This document shows positions 61,078-64,000 of a DNA stretch of 64,000 nt, piece by piece (positions within the stretch are counted from its first letter, which is position 1; every line of letters begins with the position of its first letter). Both the position numbers and the translations under genes were made by a program. The stretch lies in the IMG/VR virus record IMGVR_UViG_3300046330_000229, positions 1-64,000 of that record, one strand, 5' to 3'. The notes beneath the pieces were generated by a model, which searched no databases, was not told where the DNA came from, and was given only the letters and a program-made list of their open reading frames with translations. The DNA is from a virus.

Positions 61078-62156
61078 AGTACGAATATTCAACGCCTATG
61101 AAAACAATCGAATACGATTTATTATCTCAAAAAGAACAACAAAGTCCTGCTATTATACTTAATAGTGGTAGTATTTATAGTATAGATGCTTCTCTTGATA
61201 CAAGTTGGCTTGATAATATCTCTGGTAAAATTATAGAGGATGCAGTAAAAAAATTCGAAGAACGTATGAAAGGTGGTAATTCGTGGGATCGATAGGATTA
61301 TTAACAATAATGGCAATGCTTACGGCACAAGGTGAGCCTTGGCCTGAAACACTAAAAACTAACTCAGTCACTATTGTGTGTAAAGATATAAAAGCTGTTG
61401 TAAGTAAAACCGGATATAAATACTCAGGTGTAATGGTTAAACAAGACGTGTATATGACTGAATTAAACTCTGATGAACTATCAGATTTAATAGTAAAGCG
61501 TTGTTATTAGTGCAAGAGTTGTTAGTTATTTTTTCTTGTATGAACAACGTAGGATGCCAAGAGGCGTACTCCGCATATTACCAGTACAATCCTCAAGTTA
61601 TTGCTGACATTAAACTGCTGGAGAAAAGTTATAAAGATGCTGCGGGTCCAGTGATTACTAATTACGGACTACCCGTTGTGTCAGCACTAATTACTAACAA
61701 AATTAATTTAAGTCTTGACAAAAACTTATTTTTAGAGTATAATCAAGAAAACTATAAAATTATATTTAGGAGATCCTTTTAATGGCTAACAAAAAAGAAA
61801 CAGACGAATTACTACGATTACTAGAAGAACAAAAAGAGTTGGAGATCTTAAAGAAATCTAAATCTCTAAAAGAAACTATTGATAAAGCTGAAAAAGAAGC
61901 TAAACAAACCGTTAAATTTACTGGAGTAATGGTTGGTAAAACTGAGAAAACTATTAAAAGTAACGTCACGGACGAATTAGTTAACATTAAAAAATACGAA
62001 GTGTACGAATTAACAATTGATGGTAACGATAAAATTACAAGCAAACAACTGATTCATTCGGAATCAAACGAAGCGGTTGCGTTTAGTAAAGCTACACAAC
62101 ATTTAACAAGCTCTTACATGAAGGGCACAAAATTTAAAACAAAGAAGGAACAATAA
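61074..62156 (+). other. Four small hypothetical CDSs
   Basis: Coupled ORFs 61074, 61283, 61501 and 61782. Confidence 0.5.
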
Positions 62157-62157
62157 A

Positions 62158-62700
62158 GTGTTAAAACCTTCCGGTCGCCCCAGATCCTTTAATAAATGGG
62201 AAATTTCTGGAGATACAGCATACGCTAGTCTTAGACACGGTGTCGTTGTTATTTCTAAAGCTTCCCTTGATTTGGTTCAGGCTTATAGATGGTTCACTAA
62301 ACTAGCTAAACCGTCAAACGCGGCTTATGTTTACACGCACCTTTACGGAAATAAAAAAACAACAATTCATAGAATGATTATGGGAATAACGGATTCTAAA
62401 ATTTTAGTGGATCATAAAAATAGAAACACTTTAGATAATACTATAGAAAATCTAAGAATTGCTTCTAAAGCTCAGAATAACATAAATACTAAAAAACGTA
62501 AAAATTGTAGAAGTATATATAAAGGTGTCACGATTAGACCTTCGGGTAGATACGGATGTTATATTTCGTTTGATAAGAAAATGATCTGTCTTGGTACTTT
62601 TGATCTAGAAGAGGACGCAGCTTTAGCTTATAATATAAAAGCTGAAGAGTTATACGGTGAATACGCAAATTTAAATAAAATAAAAAGGAGAACTAAATGA
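62158..62700 (+). CDS. HNH-AP2 homing endonuclease
   Basis: IHRMI, VDHKNRNTLDN..ENLR, SIYKGV, LGTF..EEDAALAYN. Confidence 0.9.
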   Translation: MLKPSGRPRSFNKWEISGDTAYASLRHGVVVISKASLDLVQAYRWFTKLAKPSNAAYVYTHLYGNKKTTIHRMIMGITDSKILVDHKNRNTLDNTIENLRIASKAQNNINTKKRKNCRSIYKGVTIRPSGRYGCYISFDKKMICLGTFDLEEDAALAYNIKAEELYGEYANLNKIKRRTK

Positions 62701-63248
62701 TTAAATTGTTACAAAAACTAAGCAAAGTAAAAGCGAAAATGGGTGCGGTAGCTAAAACCTCGGATAATCCATATTTCAAGAGTAAATATGCCGACCTCAA
62801 TTCACATCTAGAAGCAATCGAGCCTCTACTACAGGAAAATGGTTTGTTTTTAACACAACCTTGTGAAATTGTTGGTGGAAAGAACGTAGTTTCTACTCGG
62901 GTGTATGATGTCGAAACCGGCGAATCTATCAGTTCTTCTTTAGAACTTCTAGTTAAAGATGTGGACATGCAGAAATTAGGATCGGCAGTTACTTATGCCC
63001 GTCGATACACGCTTTCTGCTATTTTTGGAATGAAAGCTGAAGACGATGACGCAAATGTTGTGTCAGGCAAAGTTACACAAAAACAACCTTCATCGTTCAT
63101 CACTAAAGTTAAAACAGAATTACAGCCTATTTCTGCGGTTGAGAACGTAACAGTTTCACACAGCAGTCCTCCAGCTAAAACTACAATGGGATCATTTAAG
63201 CGTCCAGCTCCAGCAGCGAAAGTTGCTACTAGCGGAGATGAGTTATAA
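62697..63248 (+). CDS. ERF-family ssDNA annealing protein
   Basis: NPYFKSKYADL, QKLGSAVTYARRY.L.AIFG...EDDD. Confidence 0.9.
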   Translation: MIKLLQKLSKVKAKMGAVAKTSDNPYFKSKYADLNSHLEAIEPLLQENGLFLTQPCEIVGGKNVVSTRVYDVETGESISSSLELLVKDVDMQKLGSAVTYARRYTLSAIFGMKAEDDDANVVSGKVTQKQPSSFITKVKTELQPISAVENVTVSHSSPPAKTTMGSFKRPAPAAKVATSGDEL

Positions 63249-63410
63249 TGACTGAATTTTCATTGGGAGTATTTATATCACTAATTACGTTTGTGTTAAT
63301 TAGTTTAACCTCCGCAGCTACTTCTGCCTTAATATTTCAGGTATTAGCCGGCGTAGCTGTAGGACACTTGAGTGTTAAACTTTCTAAAACTATTTTAAAA
63401 AGGACAAAAA

Positions 63411-63812
63411 ATGAGCGAAAATAATCCAAAGTTAGAAGTGACAGATGAAGAAATTGAAGCAGTAAGCGGTATTGACGAAGATACAGCAGATCTGTACGCA
63501 GCAGCAATGATGTATAATGGCGGTACAGTAGAAAAGGCTTTGATTCAAATCAACAAACTACAGGCTCCACAAGGCGGCGTGGAACAGTTAAACATTATGT
63601 TAAAATCTCTGTTGTGTGCTTTAATCACAGACGAGACGTTTAATTATAATAAGTTTAAAAATGTTAAATTAAAAGAGTTACACAAAACTATGTTTGACTT
63701 ACTAAAAGCAAAAGCAATCATTAGCGCTGACATTCGTAAGCGTGTTCGTTCAGGTGATACAGCGGAGCCTATTAGTCAAGAAGAAAAAGAAAGTATTTTA
63801 AAGAGGATTTAA
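63411..63812 (+). CDS. Hypothetical protein
   Basis: AAGGA RBS, 133-aa ORF. Confidence 0.55.
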   Translation: MSENNPKLEVTDEEIEAVSGIDEDTADLYAAAMMYNGGTVEKALIQINKLQAPQGGVEQLNIMLKSLLCALITDETFNYNKFKNVKLKELHKTMFDLLKAKAIISADIRKRVRSGDTAEPISQEEKESILKRI

Positions 63813-64000
63813 TGGTTAATATCACTAAATATTTAAAAGGTAGTGTTCCACATTTCGAGAGAGTATTAATTGATGCACAAAATGCTCTTTCATCACAGGA
63901 AGTACCAGAAGAAGTTCGATTGGAATTAGCAGAAACAGTAGTTTTTGTTAATAATATTTTAAAAGAAATTGCGGAATTACCCGCACAAGAAACAAACGGA

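Larger units (their letters stand above)
16634..61743 (+). promoter_or_regulatory. Dispersed sigma70-type promoters for plus-strand genes
   Basis: TTGAC(A/T) with 17-18 nt spacer and TAnnnT at 16634, 17769, 18663, 31154, 35600, 39470, 40097, 43189, 51957, 53466, 55110, 55676, 59271 and 61715 (the last is perfect TTGACA-17-TATAAT). Confidence 0.75.

Noticed and set aside
31164-62968. Minus-strand ORFs antisense to early/middle genes (e.g. 31164, 34756, 36376, 43647, 51273, 56755, 62693)
   Set aside because: Shadow frames of supported plus-strand genes
1-64000. Stop-codon reassignment or canonical tRNA genes
   Set aside because: Core genes are intact in the standard code and some end in TAG or TGA; no canonical cloverleaf with GTTCRA was recognised by eye

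Overview
The window is 64 kb of an AT-rich tailed dsDNA bacteriophage genome with podovirus-like gene order. Positions 1-31 kb hold a minus-strand morphogenesis module: terminase, portal, scaffold, major capsid, head-tail adaptor, nozzle, several fibre proteins, internal/ejection proteins and an M15 endolysin. A plus-strand island of small paralogs plus an HNH gene interrupts it. Positions 31-64 kb hold plus-strand early/middle genes: two ClpP-like proteases, three AAA+ ATPases including a MoxR-vWA pair, a DUF5664 nucleotide hydrolase, a lytic transglycosylase, a SET-domain protein, a Mom-like DNA modifier, class I RNR, an S8 protease, a PD-(D/E)XK nuclease, HNH-AP2 and ERF. Four observations stand out. 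(1) The putative earliest region (42.1-46.7 kb) is wired to alternative host sigma factors: at least six sigma54 (-24/-12) boxes, four of them packed into a gene-poor stretch; three sigma28/FliA promoters; and one sigma54 box nested exactly inside a sigma70 spacer. (2) A tandem family of about 14 tiny paralogs shares an [ILV]G[IVK]xP motif with hypervariable tails and follows MoxR-vWA; two further micro-paralog arrays occur elsewhere. (3) There are three candidate structured non-coding RNAs, including a ~365-nt one with its own promoter and alternative long-range pairings. (4) A phage-specific late promoter motif (TTAACATATAT) recurs nine times. The host is not identified. A flagellated, sigma54/sigma28-using, low-GC bacterium such as a Bdellovibrionota member is an inference only. 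All product calls come from motif recognition by eye, without database searches.
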